Below the pieces are notes generated by a model, which saw only the letters and a program-made list of their open reading frames with translations, did not search any database and was not told the DNA's origin. A DNA stretch of 64,000 bases from Mobula birostris (taxonomy: Eukaryota), in contig NC_092374.1 of the NCBI RefSeq assembly GCF_030028105.1, forward strand, positions 178,770,057 through 178,834,056, in the 5' to 3' direction. A program made the position numbers and the translations under genes. Below, in pieces: positions 40,701-50,374 of this stretch (its first letter is position 1; the number at the start of each line of letters is the position of its first letter).

Positions 40701-43700
40701 CCTTCTGTCCTTATCTATCCTACTTCCACCTCCTCCAGCCCTGTATCTCTTTCACCATCAAATTCCCAGCTCTATACTTTCACCTATCACCTTGTGTTTC
40801 TCTCTCCCCTCCCTCCACTTTTTAAACCCTATTCTCAGCTTTTTCACTCCAGTCCTGCTGAAGGGTCTCGGCCCAAAACATTGACTGTATTCTTTTCCAT
40901 AGATGTGGCCTGGCCTGCTGAGTTCCTTCAGCATTTTGTGTGTGATCACAGATTGTAACCACTCTGCCGAAGACCACAAGAGTCATTACACTGTTAATGG
41001 CAAGACTCTCAGCAGTATTGATGTACAGAGGGAGTTGGGGTCCATGTCTATAGCTCCCAGAAAGGGGCAACGCAGGTTGATATGTTGGTAAGTAAAGTAT
41101 ATTCATGCTTGCCTTCATTAGTGGAATTTCTGAGGTCAAGAGTCAGGAAGCTATGTTGCAGCTTTATAAAACTCTGGTTACTTGGAATATTTCATCCGGT
41201 CCTGGCTGCCCCATTACAAGAAGGATGAGAAAGGTTTAGAGAGAGTGCAGTAGAGGTTCACTGAGCTGCTGCCTGTATCACAGGGCATCTGTTGTATGGA
41301 GGGGTTGGTCAAACTTGTGCTGTTTTATTCTCTGGAGTTGCAGCGGCTGTGGTGTGTCCATAACTATAAAAAAATGTCCAGGTATGACTTATGGAAGACT
41401 ATTTTAAGGGCGAAAAAACCCCCAATTTCCATTGTGGTTAGAGATGGAATTGGAGATGGAATCTGGTAGGGCTTGCAGACCATTACTTCCTAAAAAAGTG
41501 AAACCTAATATCATGTATGGCTGTGAATTTCACTCCCAGATGAGATCAATGCTTTTATTCATGCTTTGAGTAGAAGAATAAAATTACACCTGTGTGGATC
41601 CCTGCAGCATCTGATGACCCTGTGATCCCTGTCTTGGAGATCGGTGTTAGAACATCTTTCAAGAGGGTGAACTCTCACAAGGCATCAGGACCTGGTGGTG
41701 TACCTGGTAGAGTTCTGAAAACTTGTGCCAACCATTTGATGGGAGTATTCAAGGACATTTTCAATCTCTCATTACTGCAGTCAGAGGTTCACACCGGCTT
41801 CAAAAGGGTGACAATCATACCAGTGCTCAAGAACAGCAGGGTGAGCTGCCCCAAAAGCTATCAGCCAGTGGCACTCACACCTACTGTGATACAGTGCTTT
41901 GAGAGATTGGTCATGGCCAGAATCAACTCCTGCCTTTGCAAGGACCTGGACCTGCTGCAATATGTCCACAGTGATGCAATCTCACTGACTCTCTGCTCGG
42001 AATTGACTGCAGCTCAGCATTCAACACAATCAGTTCTAACCAACAAGTTCTAAAACCTGGGCCTCTGTACCTCCTTCTGCATCTGTATCCTTGAGTTCCT
42101 GTGAGGATCAGAAGTAACATCTTCTCACCCATGATTGTGTGCTGAGGCACAGCTCAAACCCATCTATAAATATGCTGACAACACAAATATTGTTGGGAGA
42201 ATTTCAGCTGGTGACGAGGAGGTGTATAGGAGTGAGACAGATCAGCCGGTAGAGTGGTGTCACAGTAACAAACTTGCACTCGAGGCTAATAAGACCAAGG
42301 AACTAACTGTGAACTTCTGGAGGGGAAACTGAGGGAACAAACACAATTTCTCTGTGAGGGATTAGAAGTGGAAGGGACGAGCAGTTTCAAGTTCCTGAAT
42401 GTCAACATCTTTGAGGATCTATCCTATGACTAAAATATTGATGCAATTACAAAGGCAGAACAGTGGTTATATTTCATTGGGACATTGGGGAGAATCAGAA
42501 TCAAAATCAGGTTTAACACTGCTGGCATGTGTCATGAAATTGGTTAACTTTGCTGCAGATTACAATACAAATTTATATATACAGTATATAGTTATATTAA
42601 ATAAGTAGTGCAAAAATAGAAACAAAAAAGTGGTGAGATAGTGTTCGTGGGTTCAATATCCATTCAGAAATTGGATGACAGAGGGGAAGAAGCTGTTCCT
42701 CAATCATTGAGTGTGTGCCTTCAGGCTTCTGTACAATGAGAAGAGGACATGTGATGGCTGATGGGCGTGCTTAATGATGGCATTGGTATGTCACCAGAGA
42801 CACTCACAAATTTCTACAGATGTACCGTGGAGAGCATTCTAACCTGTTGCCTCATCATCTGGTATGGCGGCTCCACTGCGCAGGATCGATAAAAGCTGCA
42901 GGAAGTTGTCAACTCAGCCAGCTCCACTGTGGTCACCAGCCTCCCCTGTATCCAGAATACCTTCAAAGAGAGATGACTCAAGGAGACGGCATCCATCGTT
43001 ATGCCATCACATGCCCTCTTCTCATGGCTACCATCAAGGATGAGGTACAGCAGCCTGAAGGCACACACCCAATGTTTCCAGATCAGCTTCTTCTCCTCTG
43101 CCATCAGATTTCTGAATGGACACTCAGCCCACAAACACTACCACAGTCATTCTTCCCTAACTTCTTCCGTGACTTATTTTATACTTATACACTTACTATT
43201 GTAATTTTTAGTTCTTTTATTATGTATTGCAATGTATTGCTGCCACAAAAGAACAAATTTCATGACATATGCCCATGATATTAAACCTGATTCTGATAAA
43301 ATTATGAGGGGCATAGATACAGAAAGCACCCAGTATCTTCATTGTTAAAACGTCTAATACTATAGGGCATACATCTAAGATGGGAGTGAGGGTAAATTTA
43401 AAAGAGATGTGCAAGGCAAGTTTATTTACACAGTAGGGATGAATTTAGTAAGGCATTTAATTGCAAATTTAATTATTTCACACAACATTGCAGGCCGCAG
43501 GATCTACTCCCGTAATGTTCTATGTTCTAAATTGCAGGGAGCTGAGTACACAGCACAGTCCATCACTCTGGTTACATTTCCCCCTACCTCAGGAAAGAAG
43601 ACAACAAACCCTTTGCACCCAAATCATTTTTGGTTCTCCCCACTCCTACTGGGAGAGGATTCAAAACTTGAAAACAGGAACCAGCTGCTTTAAGGACTGC

Positions 43701-45641
43701 TTTGGTCCAGCTGTCATAAAGCTCTTGAACAGACCTGCAGTAAAATAAATTTGAACCATCAACCTTACAGCCTACCTTGTTATGGCACTTGCACCTTATT
43801 CTCTGAAAATGTAATACTATAATCTGCATTCTTTTATTCCTCTTCTCTTTGCTCTACTTTGATGTACTTATGTTTTGAAATTATCTACAATGATAACATA
43901 CAAAACAAAGTTTCCCACTGTATCTTGGTATAGCTCCAATACCACATACAAGTTTGCTGATGATACCACTATTGTGGGCTGTATCAAAGCTGGTGATGAA
44001 TCTGCATACAGGAGGGAGATTGAAAATTTGGCTGAGTGGTATAATAACAACAACCTCTCACTCAATGTCAACAGTACCAAAGCACTGATTGTGGAATTCA
44101 GGAGAGGGAAACCAGAGGTCCACAAGCCAGCAATCATGGAGGACCAGAGGTGAACACCGTCAGTAACTTTAAATTCCTGTGAATCACCTTATCAGGGGAC
44201 CTGTCCTGGAACCATCATTATTGCGAAGAAAGCACTTCCTCAGGAGTCTGCGAAGATTCAGCATGTCATCAAAAACCTTGGCAAACTTCTATAGATATGT
44301 GGTGGAAATTGTGCTGACTGGCGGCATTATGGCCTGGAGTGGGAACACCAATGCCCCTCAGCAGAAAATCTACAAAAGGTGGATTTGGTCCTTTACATTG
44401 CAAGTAAAACCCACTAAATCATGAAACATTGCCATACAAAAGCTGCTTCTATCAACATCATCCTCACCACCCAGGCCGTGCTCTTTTCTGGCTGCTGCCA
44501 TCAGGTAGAAGGTATAAGTGCCTCAGGACTCACACCACCCAGTTCAAGAACAGTTACTACCATTATTACCCCTCAATCATCAGACTCTTGAACAAAAGGG
44601 GATAACTATACTCATTCTATCTCTGGTGTTCCCACAACAGATGATCTCACTTTAAGGATTCTTAAACTTGTTATTTCATGCTCCTTATTTATTGCTATCT
44701 ATTTATGTTTGTATTTGCAGAGTTTGTTGTTCATTGATCCCGTTTACAGTTACAGTTTTATAGATTTGCTCTGTATGATCCTAGAAAAAGAATCTCCGGG
44801 TTGTATGTGGTGCCATGTACGTACTCTGATACAGTAATAAATTTTACTTTGAACTTTGAACATCTGACGGAGGTCAGCAGACGAGAAGAACTTAAAAGGA
44901 AGCAGAAAAATTATCAGGGGGTTGAGACATTAGATCTGGGACAGAATCAACAACTTGGGTGGATTCGGCTGATAAAATAAAAATTGTACAAACACTGGAG
45001 GTCAGCGTTGAGCCTGGGCCGACGGCGCAGCGAAACAGCAATGCCACCAGATGCACCACCCCCAAGTCCTTCAAGCCACAGTTTTTTTTAATGATTTTGC
45101 CCTGAGGCAAGTCGACTGGAGTGATCCAAACACGGAGTTCCATAAAGTTGTAGAGTTAGAGGGGCGGGGGGATAGCCAGGTTGATTCCACCCTTCCACCC
45201 TTCCGGGAAAGAGTAGAGAGAGGGACAATCCTCGACAACAGGGGGCACAAAGAGCACACTGTGCGCTGCATGTCTGATGGGCCATGGCTCAACAACAGTA
45301 GAGCCCAGCCATACTGGAGGTGTGCAGATCACCCCTATTCCTGTAGTTCCGAAATCAATTTAAAACGGATCATTTTAATGTTGTCTGTTCCCCGTTTACT
45401 ACCTCCCCGGTTCTGTAATTATGCGTCCTGTTGTTAGTCAGGGAAGTTACACAGGAATCCTTCACTGGAGTCCTTTATCGGGCAAGGATTAAATATCACC
45501 CCTTTCAGACCCTAACCATAGTCTAAAATTATCAACGAAGTGTCTCCCGGGGCGACAGTGGAGGCTGGGTTGATGAAATCACCACTTACCTGGGCAAACC
45601 GGACGAATGGAAAGACACAGGGCACAGACTATCAGCAACAT
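19696..45641 (-). CDS. MHC-I: MHC class I heavy chain, 7 coding exons, 365 aa; probably nonclassical (UDA-like lineage, tentative)
   Basis: Hand-spliced model: 45590-45641 (52 nt), 33913-34176 (264), 31601-31876 (276), 26600-26875 (276), 21179-21307 (129), 19878-19904 (27), 19696-19769 (74). Total 1098 nt, open from ATG to TGA. All introns GT-AG and phase 1, with exon sizes typical of class I domains. The leader link and the two tail exons are predictions. Confidence 0.93.
19878..19904 (-). CDS. MHC-I: MHC class I cytoplasmic mini-exon (ESTGTIFKS)
   Basis: Branch point ctaat, acceptor atctttctttgtttag, 27 nt, donor CAG|gtcagt, phase compatible with the TM exon. Confidence 0.7.
20140..20347. 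repeat. Degenerate GC-rich minisatellite, about 30-bp unit, about 6 copies (MHC intron 5)
   Basis: Repeats of GGGCC(A/G)CTGGACAGGGGCGAGAGGGAGCAC-like units. Confidence 0.8.
21179..21307 (-). CDS. MHC-I: MHC class I transmembrane exon
   Basis: (E)[42 protein letters not shown]. Acceptor ttctctccttgcttcattag, donor AG|gtaaga, 129 nt, phase 1 at both ends. Absent from the supplied ORF track. Confidence 0.9.
22226..24550 (-). mobile_element. L1-clade LINE, 5'-truncated ORF2 (RT plus C-terminal region), in MHC intron 4
   Basis: [56 protein letters not shown] and THMFWSCP motifs; frameshifted; T-rich 3' region. Confidence 0.9.
24889..25650 (+). mobile_element. Chapaev3-like (CMC superfamily) DNA transposon relic
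   Basis: Begins CACTGGACAACAAA. Transposase C-terminal motifs [26 protein letters not shown] and [26 protein letters not shown]. Family assigned from recalled motifs; the 3' TIR is degenerate. Confidence 0.65.
26600..26875 (-). CDS. MHC-I: MHC class I alpha3 (Ig C1-set) exon
   Basis: (A)VPDVMVYSK...[21 protein letters not shown]...LPNHDNTYQ...HVCHVQHSS...FTW. Branch point ctaac plus acceptor tcttctcccacag, donor G|gtaaga. Confidence 0.96.
26950..27440. repeat. GT/GA-rich microsatellite and low-complexity tract next to the alpha3 acceptor
   Basis: (GTGAGA/GTGTGG)n then GA-rich sequence with an internal direct duplication of about 40 bp. Confidence 0.9.
31155..31405. mobile_element. Tc1/mariner-derived non-autonomous element
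   Basis: Degenerate TIRs TACACACAGTGGCTACATTATTAGG ... CTAATTAAGTGGCCACCTAGTGTA with TA ends. Confidence 0.6.
31601..31876 (-). CDS. MHC-I: MHC class I alpha2 domain exon
   Basis: (G)[12 protein letters not shown]...[13 protein letters not shown]...TTKDKWN...[17 protein letters not shown]...RK. C101/C164, T143, K146, W147, Y159 and Y171 are present. Acceptor ccttctccag, donor G|gtaggt. Confidence 0.97.
31960..32530. repeat. C/A-rich low-complexity degenerate tandem repeat (MHC intron 2)
   Basis: Recurrent CCATCCACTCACCATTACACTC-like units. Confidence 0.85.
32930..33840 (-). mobile_element. CR1-type LINE 3' fragment (MHC intron 2)
   Basis: Minus strand has GVLQGSVL...ISKFKDD and ...[27 protein letters not shown]. 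Confidence 0.75.
33913..34176 (-). CDS. MHC-I: MHC class I alpha1 domain exon
   Basis: (E)[35 protein letters not shown]...QPWM...DYWTKETQ...QRTKRNMT(G). Acceptor ttgtatttggcag, donor G|gtgcgt. Contains Y7, Y59, R84 and an N-x-T sequon. Confidence 0.96.
34737..35752 (+). mobile_element. HERO-like non-LTR retrotransposon (restriction-like endonuclease), 5'-truncated, in MHC intron 1
   Basis: Uninterrupted 286-aa ORF 34740-35600 with a zinc knuckle (W/C-PLC...LEHILSGC), RHD, RPDIV, ELTVPWE, KLSKY and VEVGCRGF, then a 152-nt 3' UTR. Confidence 0.85.
38276..38493. other. Assembly gap (218 N)
   Basis: Run of N inside MHC intron 1. Confidence 1.
39931..40942. mobile_element. Rearranged Penelope-like element with inverted tails (MHC intron 1)
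   Basis: A minus-oriented tail at about 39931-40330 and a plus-oriented tail at about 40480-40942 surround a GIY-YIG fragment and a (GGGGAT)n tract. Confidence 0.8.
41560..44840 (+). mobile_element. Cluster of degenerate Rex1/Babar LINE fragments (about 41560-42440, 42790-43295, 43885-44840)
   Basis: [25 protein letters not shown] and [11 protein letters not shown] motifs. Confidence 0.8.
45590..45641 (-). CDS. MHC-I: MHC class I exon 1, signal peptide [17 protein letters not shown]
   Basis: ATG at 45641 with an in-frame TAA just upstream, a hydrophobic core, and a consensus donor CCAG|gtaagt at phase 1 that joins alpha1 as ...VCP-E-THKLQY. It lies about 160 bp downstream of an SXY/ISRE module. 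Intron 1 is 11.4 kb and contains the N gap. Confidence 0.8.
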
Positions 45642-45796
45642 TCCCCAAACTTAATGCTCGGTCGGAACACAGAATAAAATTATATAAAAAATATAATGAA
45701 AACCGACAGATTTATCCACACAACTCTACGGCTTCATTTCCGGGTACTCGGTGCTAAGCCTGTTAAAAAAAAACTAAGCTTTTCCTATACAGGCAG

Positions 45797-45837
45797 CCAA
45801 TTAGAAGCTTAAGGAAATCTGATCACCAGTTACCAGG
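45797..45837 (-). promoter_or_regulatory. MHC X1/X2-Y module (RFX / CREB-like / NF-Y)
   Basis: The minus strand reads CCTGGTAACTGGTG (45824-45837; compare HLA-DRA X box CCTAGCAACAGATG) overlapping TGATCA. After a 19-nt spacer comes CTAATTGG (45797-45804; inverted CCAAT Y box). X-Y spacing matches the canonical 19-20 bp. Confidence 0.8.
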
Positions 45838-45860
45838 CAGTCTTGATGCCTGCAGTTTGA

Positions 45861-45872
45861 GAAATAGAAACT
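45861..45872 (-). promoter_or_regulatory. ISRE (IRF-binding element)
   Basis: AGTTTCTATTTC on the minus strand fits AGTTTCNNTTTC exactly, 23 bp upstream of the X box, the same order as in mammalian class I promoters. Confidence 0.82.
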
Positions 45873-46570
45873 AACAGAGAGGCGCGGCAGTTGCTGGTTA
45901 TAAACAGAAGTTAGAGTCCAGTTTTTTTGTTGTTCTGGAGCCTCGGATGTTGAGGGGCGGCCTGACAGAAGTGTATGAAATTATGCGAGGCAGAGATACA
46001 ATAGACATACTGTAGACCTTTTGCCAAGACCTATATTGTTTTTGAACTTTATTAACGTTCAGTAACATGCTGACAAGGCTTGGAAGATAGTTCAGGATTA
46101 AGGTATAACAGCCCAGTCTTAATGAGTAATAAGATACAAATTTCCTCTATGTTCTGCACTGAATTAATTAGCTGCACCACTAATAAAGGGGAGAGGCTGT
46201 TCCGAAAGAAGGGTTTCTGATTCATAATTTTTACTCGGTTCTCTTCCCCTCTGATATATCACAAATAAATGAAGGGAATCCCAGCTATTTTCTCAACGCA
46301 TTTTTGTCTTTTAAGAGTTGTCCCATGTACGTGGCTGCCCCAATTAACCAGTGGTCTAATTAACCAGGGAGGGAACATCGACTCAGACCTTGAGGCCTGC
46401 GTCGGGCATTTTCATGCCTTACAAGGTGCAGATCCCTCCCTCCCTCCCTAATTAACCAGAACCCACCGTATTTGCCGGACAGCAAATGGTAGGATGTGAA
46501 GTGCTTCCCTCTCCAGATGAGGGGCACTTCCCCTACTAACAGTGACATCTAAACAAATTCCACTCTAACC

Positions 46571-46724
46571 ATGCAAACAAGAGGAATTCTGCAGATGCTG
46601 GAAATTCAAGCAACACACATCAAAGTTGCTGATGAAGGGTCTCGGCCTGAAACGTCGACTGTACATCTTCCTAAAGATGCTGCCTGATCTGCTGCGTTCA
46701 CCAGCAACTTTGATGTGTGTTGCT
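46571..46724. mobile_element. Compact Penelope-tail fold-back upstream of the MHC promoter
   Basis: Perfect 23-bp inverted repeat at 46609-46631 / 46702-46724, made of Penelope-tail sequence. Confidence 0.8.
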
Positions 46725-48199
46725 CCACTCTGACAATACTGGATAATTCCAGCCACCTATGACAGTGGAAAATACTCTGCTTGAGTGCACTCACTGTTGA
46801 ATAATAATGCACTCAGGTACCTCCTGTACCTAACAAAATGCCCAAATGCTCATGGACCCTTGCTGCCGCAGCCATCCCGGTTACTCTTCTGCACGCCACT
46901 GTTGTACCATGTATTTCTGCTGCCTTCCTGTCAGCATGAACCAGTATGGCCATCCTCCTCCTACCTCCCTCATTAGCTAGGCATTTTCACCCAGAGAACT
47001 GCCACTCACCGGACGTTCTTTATTGTTATTCACGGCATTCTCTGTAAACTCTAGAGACTGTTGTGCGTGAGAATCCCCAGAGATCAGCAGTTTCTGAGAT
47101 TCTCGAGCCATCCAGTCTGGCATCAACAATCATTCCTCAAATAATCACAACAGAGTTGTCAAGCACGATTTCCCGTTATGGAAACCATGCTGACTTTGGC
47201 GTATTTTATCACGTGCTCCAAGTATCTCAAAGTCTCGTTCTCAATAATGGACTCTAACATCTTCCCAACTATTGAAGTAGTTACACCCCCACAAAGGTAG
47301 GCTATTTAGAACCAAATTCATGGAGTGGTGAACGTATGGAATTATCTGTCACAGTTAGCAAAGATGAGCAATGCTGAATATACTTAAGTCATAGAGAATC
47401 AGACTGATCTTTTTCACACTGACTTTCAACCAATTAAATTTGTGGATGATGTCACGTGTAGTGTACAGTGAAGAGGATTATCTAAAATTACAATAGATCC
47501 AGATCAATTCACACAGAGAGTGGTGGGAGCGTGGAATGCACTGCCAGCGAAGGTGATAGAGGCAGATTCAATAGGGTATTTTAAGATACTGTACTCTTAG
47601 ATAGGTGCAGACTTGAGCAAGGTGCAGCGGTTTGGTAAGATAAAGTAAGGTAGGACGTACACAGTAAATGTTGATGCCTGGAGAGTAAAGAAGAAGGAAG
47701 ACTCCAGGGGTACAGGTATGTTGTTATCTAAAAGTGGAGACATGGGTAGTCAGGTGTTATACTTTGCTCTATCAGTCAGGGTACAGAGTACAGGAGCTGC
47801 GGCGCCATGTTACAAATGAAGAAGTTATTGGTGAGACCTTACTTGGAGTACAGTGTGCATTTCTGGTTGCCTAGCCGGAAACGGTACAGTAAAGATTCAC
47901 AAGGATGTTGCCAGGACTGGAGGGCTTGCGTTATAAGGAGATGCAGGATAGGCTAAGACGTTTTCCACTGTAGCGTAGGAGGCTGAGGGTTGAGCTTATA
48001 TAACATCACCAAGTCGCATAAATGCAGCATAACGTCCTGTACCCAGTGTGTTGACTGATGAAGACCAGTATATCAAAATGTTATTCGACACTTTTATCTA
48101 CCAGTGATGGCACTTTCAGAGAAATATGTACCTGCACACCTCAGTCCCTTTGTTCTACAACGCTACCATTTACTATAAAGGTTCTAACTTTGTTTAACT

Positions 48200-50150
48200 T
48201 CACTAAATGCAACATTTCGCACTCGTGCAACTCGAAATGCTTGGCCTCACATTGAAACTCACGGCCGCAATGGAAATGAATAAACAGTCCTGATGAAAGG
48301 TTTCGGTTCGAACGGCGACTGCTTATTCAATTCCATCGATGCTGCCTGAACCGCCAAGATTCTCCAGCGTTTTGTGTGTGTTGTCCGCAGTAGAACAAAA
48401 GCTGCTCATATCAGCGTTTGATTAGTTGGTGGTTGCGATTGCATAATAACCCAGTGCCGCTGATTGGTTAAAACACCTGCCAATCAGGTGACCCCCTTCC
48501 TACAGAAGGGTCCCACCGTTTATTTCCATAGTCGGTACCTGACCTGCCGAGTTCCTCCAGCATTTTGTGTGTATTGTTTTTGATTTCCAGCATCTTAAGT
48601 ATTTCTGGTGTTTAAGATTCAGCTCTTTCCTGTGTCTGGAAACAAAGTGAGCGGGAAAGGGTTCAATGGGATTTTTCTGCTGCGTTTTTTTAAACAGTAA
48701 AATACCCAGCAATGTCCATAGGAGAATGGGGGAGGGGGCACAGGAAACGTGCCTCGTGTTCTGTGAAAGCATCCAGACTGCCTACTTTGAGATATGTGCT
48801 TAGCTCTCAAGCTGATACTGTAAATTAATTGAAAGCTGGGCTGAGTTTTGCGGGCTAACTTATAAAATTAAGATGCCACGTGATGACCCAAGAAATGCAG
48901 AGTCCCAGATAATTCTCAGTTTCTTCGCTGTGGTGAAAACCAATTTCTCGTGGGAAATATTGTTCTTTTGGAAGTCCATCCCTCTGGAAAGGATGCAAAC
49001 AAGTCCCTGGAGGTTTACCCTGTGATTCCTTCTGGTGAAACGTTGAAGACAACTCCACATTCTGAGGCAAAAAAAAAACGACTGGAGGAACGCAGCGGGG
49101 TCGAGTAGCGCCCGGGGTGGGTGGGGGAGAAGTTGTCGGCGGGTCGGGTCGACCTCTTGCGTCAGGATGAAGAGGGGACAGGAATGATGGCGGTTACAAA
49201 GGGGAGAACGGTAAGGGAGAGAAAGAGACCAAGGAGATATATCGGGGAGGATTGAAGAATCAGAATTAAGTTTAATTAGCACCGCACGTGTCGTGAAATT
49301 TGTTTTGCGGTAGCAGAACACTGCAATACGTAACTATAATTTACAATAAGTATATATAAAAAAGATTAAATAAGTTGGGGATATTGGAGGGGAAAACACT
49401 GAGTAAATGCCCATGGGTTCGTTGGCCTTTCAGAAATCTGATGGCGGAGGGCAAGAAGCCATCCCGAAACGTTGAGTGCCTCTTCAGGCTCTTGTACCTC
49501 CTCCCTGATGGCAGCAATGAGAAGAGGGCATGGTCTAGTTGATGGGCGTCGTTAATAATAGATGCCGCCTTTTTGAGACATCGCCTTTTGCATTTATTAA
49601 TATTTTTCAGGAATTTGTTACCAGGGCTTTTGTGTTTGGCGCCAGGACGTGTTGTATACCGCAATGAACTTTTCAGGATACATTTACCATGGTGATCGAG
49701 TGGGACACAAGTTTTCCTGAACACAACACGACGGTCCTGTGTGGACAGTGACACGAGGTAAGATGCAGGGTGAGACCTTGCCACTGCTGAGTACAGGGCG
49801 TCAGTCTCACGGCACACGGGGAAGCTGTTTGAAAGAGGCTGGTTTGGTCGCTATGTAACAGAAGACAGCGCTGGGTTGTGCAGAGTCTGAATTTCTAGCA
49901 GGTGCCGCCGGAAAAAGCAAAATTAATTGGGCAAAGCATTCACCGAAACCACGGATTTGATGCGGAAAGTTTCATGCATCGTTTGAAATCGGGTCGAAGG
50001 GCCTGTATTGTGCTGTAGATTTTCCATGTTTCTATGTTTGCAGGGCTCATGAATCCGCCTATGGGCTCTCTGGGTGGTGGAGTGTGCTTGTGTTGGTCGA
50101 ATCGTCGGGAGTTGGTGATCTTTGGAAAAGGCAAAAACTGCTGCTATAGC
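48200..50150. promoter_or_regulatory. CpG-retaining region with twin CCAAT boxes (possible promoter)
   Basis: CpGs are visibly frequent even inside repeat fragments. ATTGG at 48463-48467 and CCAAT at 48480-48484; donor-like sites AAA|gtgagc (about 48646) and GAG|gtaaga (about 49757). Confidence 0.4.
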
Positions 50151-50374
50151 AACTTGGCCACAGTGTGAAAGAAAATCTACATCCTGACATGCAATAACCC
50201 AGTCTGCAAGAAACCGTGGGAGAGAAAATATTGGAAGCTAGCGATTATGGTAATTAAGTTGCAGGTGAAGAAGTCAGATGTCCAAGTCCAGCAAGTTCCC
50301 GCCTGTACTGAAAAACAAATCGTTCACTTCCCCAGACAGATTCTGATTAACCCGCTCAGTTGTTCTTTGAATCT

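Noticed and set aside
45583-45595. ACTTACCTGG resembling the U1 snRNA 5' end
   Set aside because: It is the reverse complement of the leader exon splice donor; the rest of U1 is absent.
46274-46282. GGGAATCCC as an NF-kB enhancer A equivalent
   Set aside because: Only a 9-bp core, about 400 bp from the ISRE rather than adjacent; could be chance.
48875-49069. Possible C/D-box snoRNA (TGCC-ac-GTGATGA ... CTGA-GGCA)
   Set aside because: About 190 nt is long, the k-turn geometry is off by one base, no clear C'/D' boxes, and I recognised no rRNA/snRNA complementarity. An Infernal/snoscan hit would be needed.
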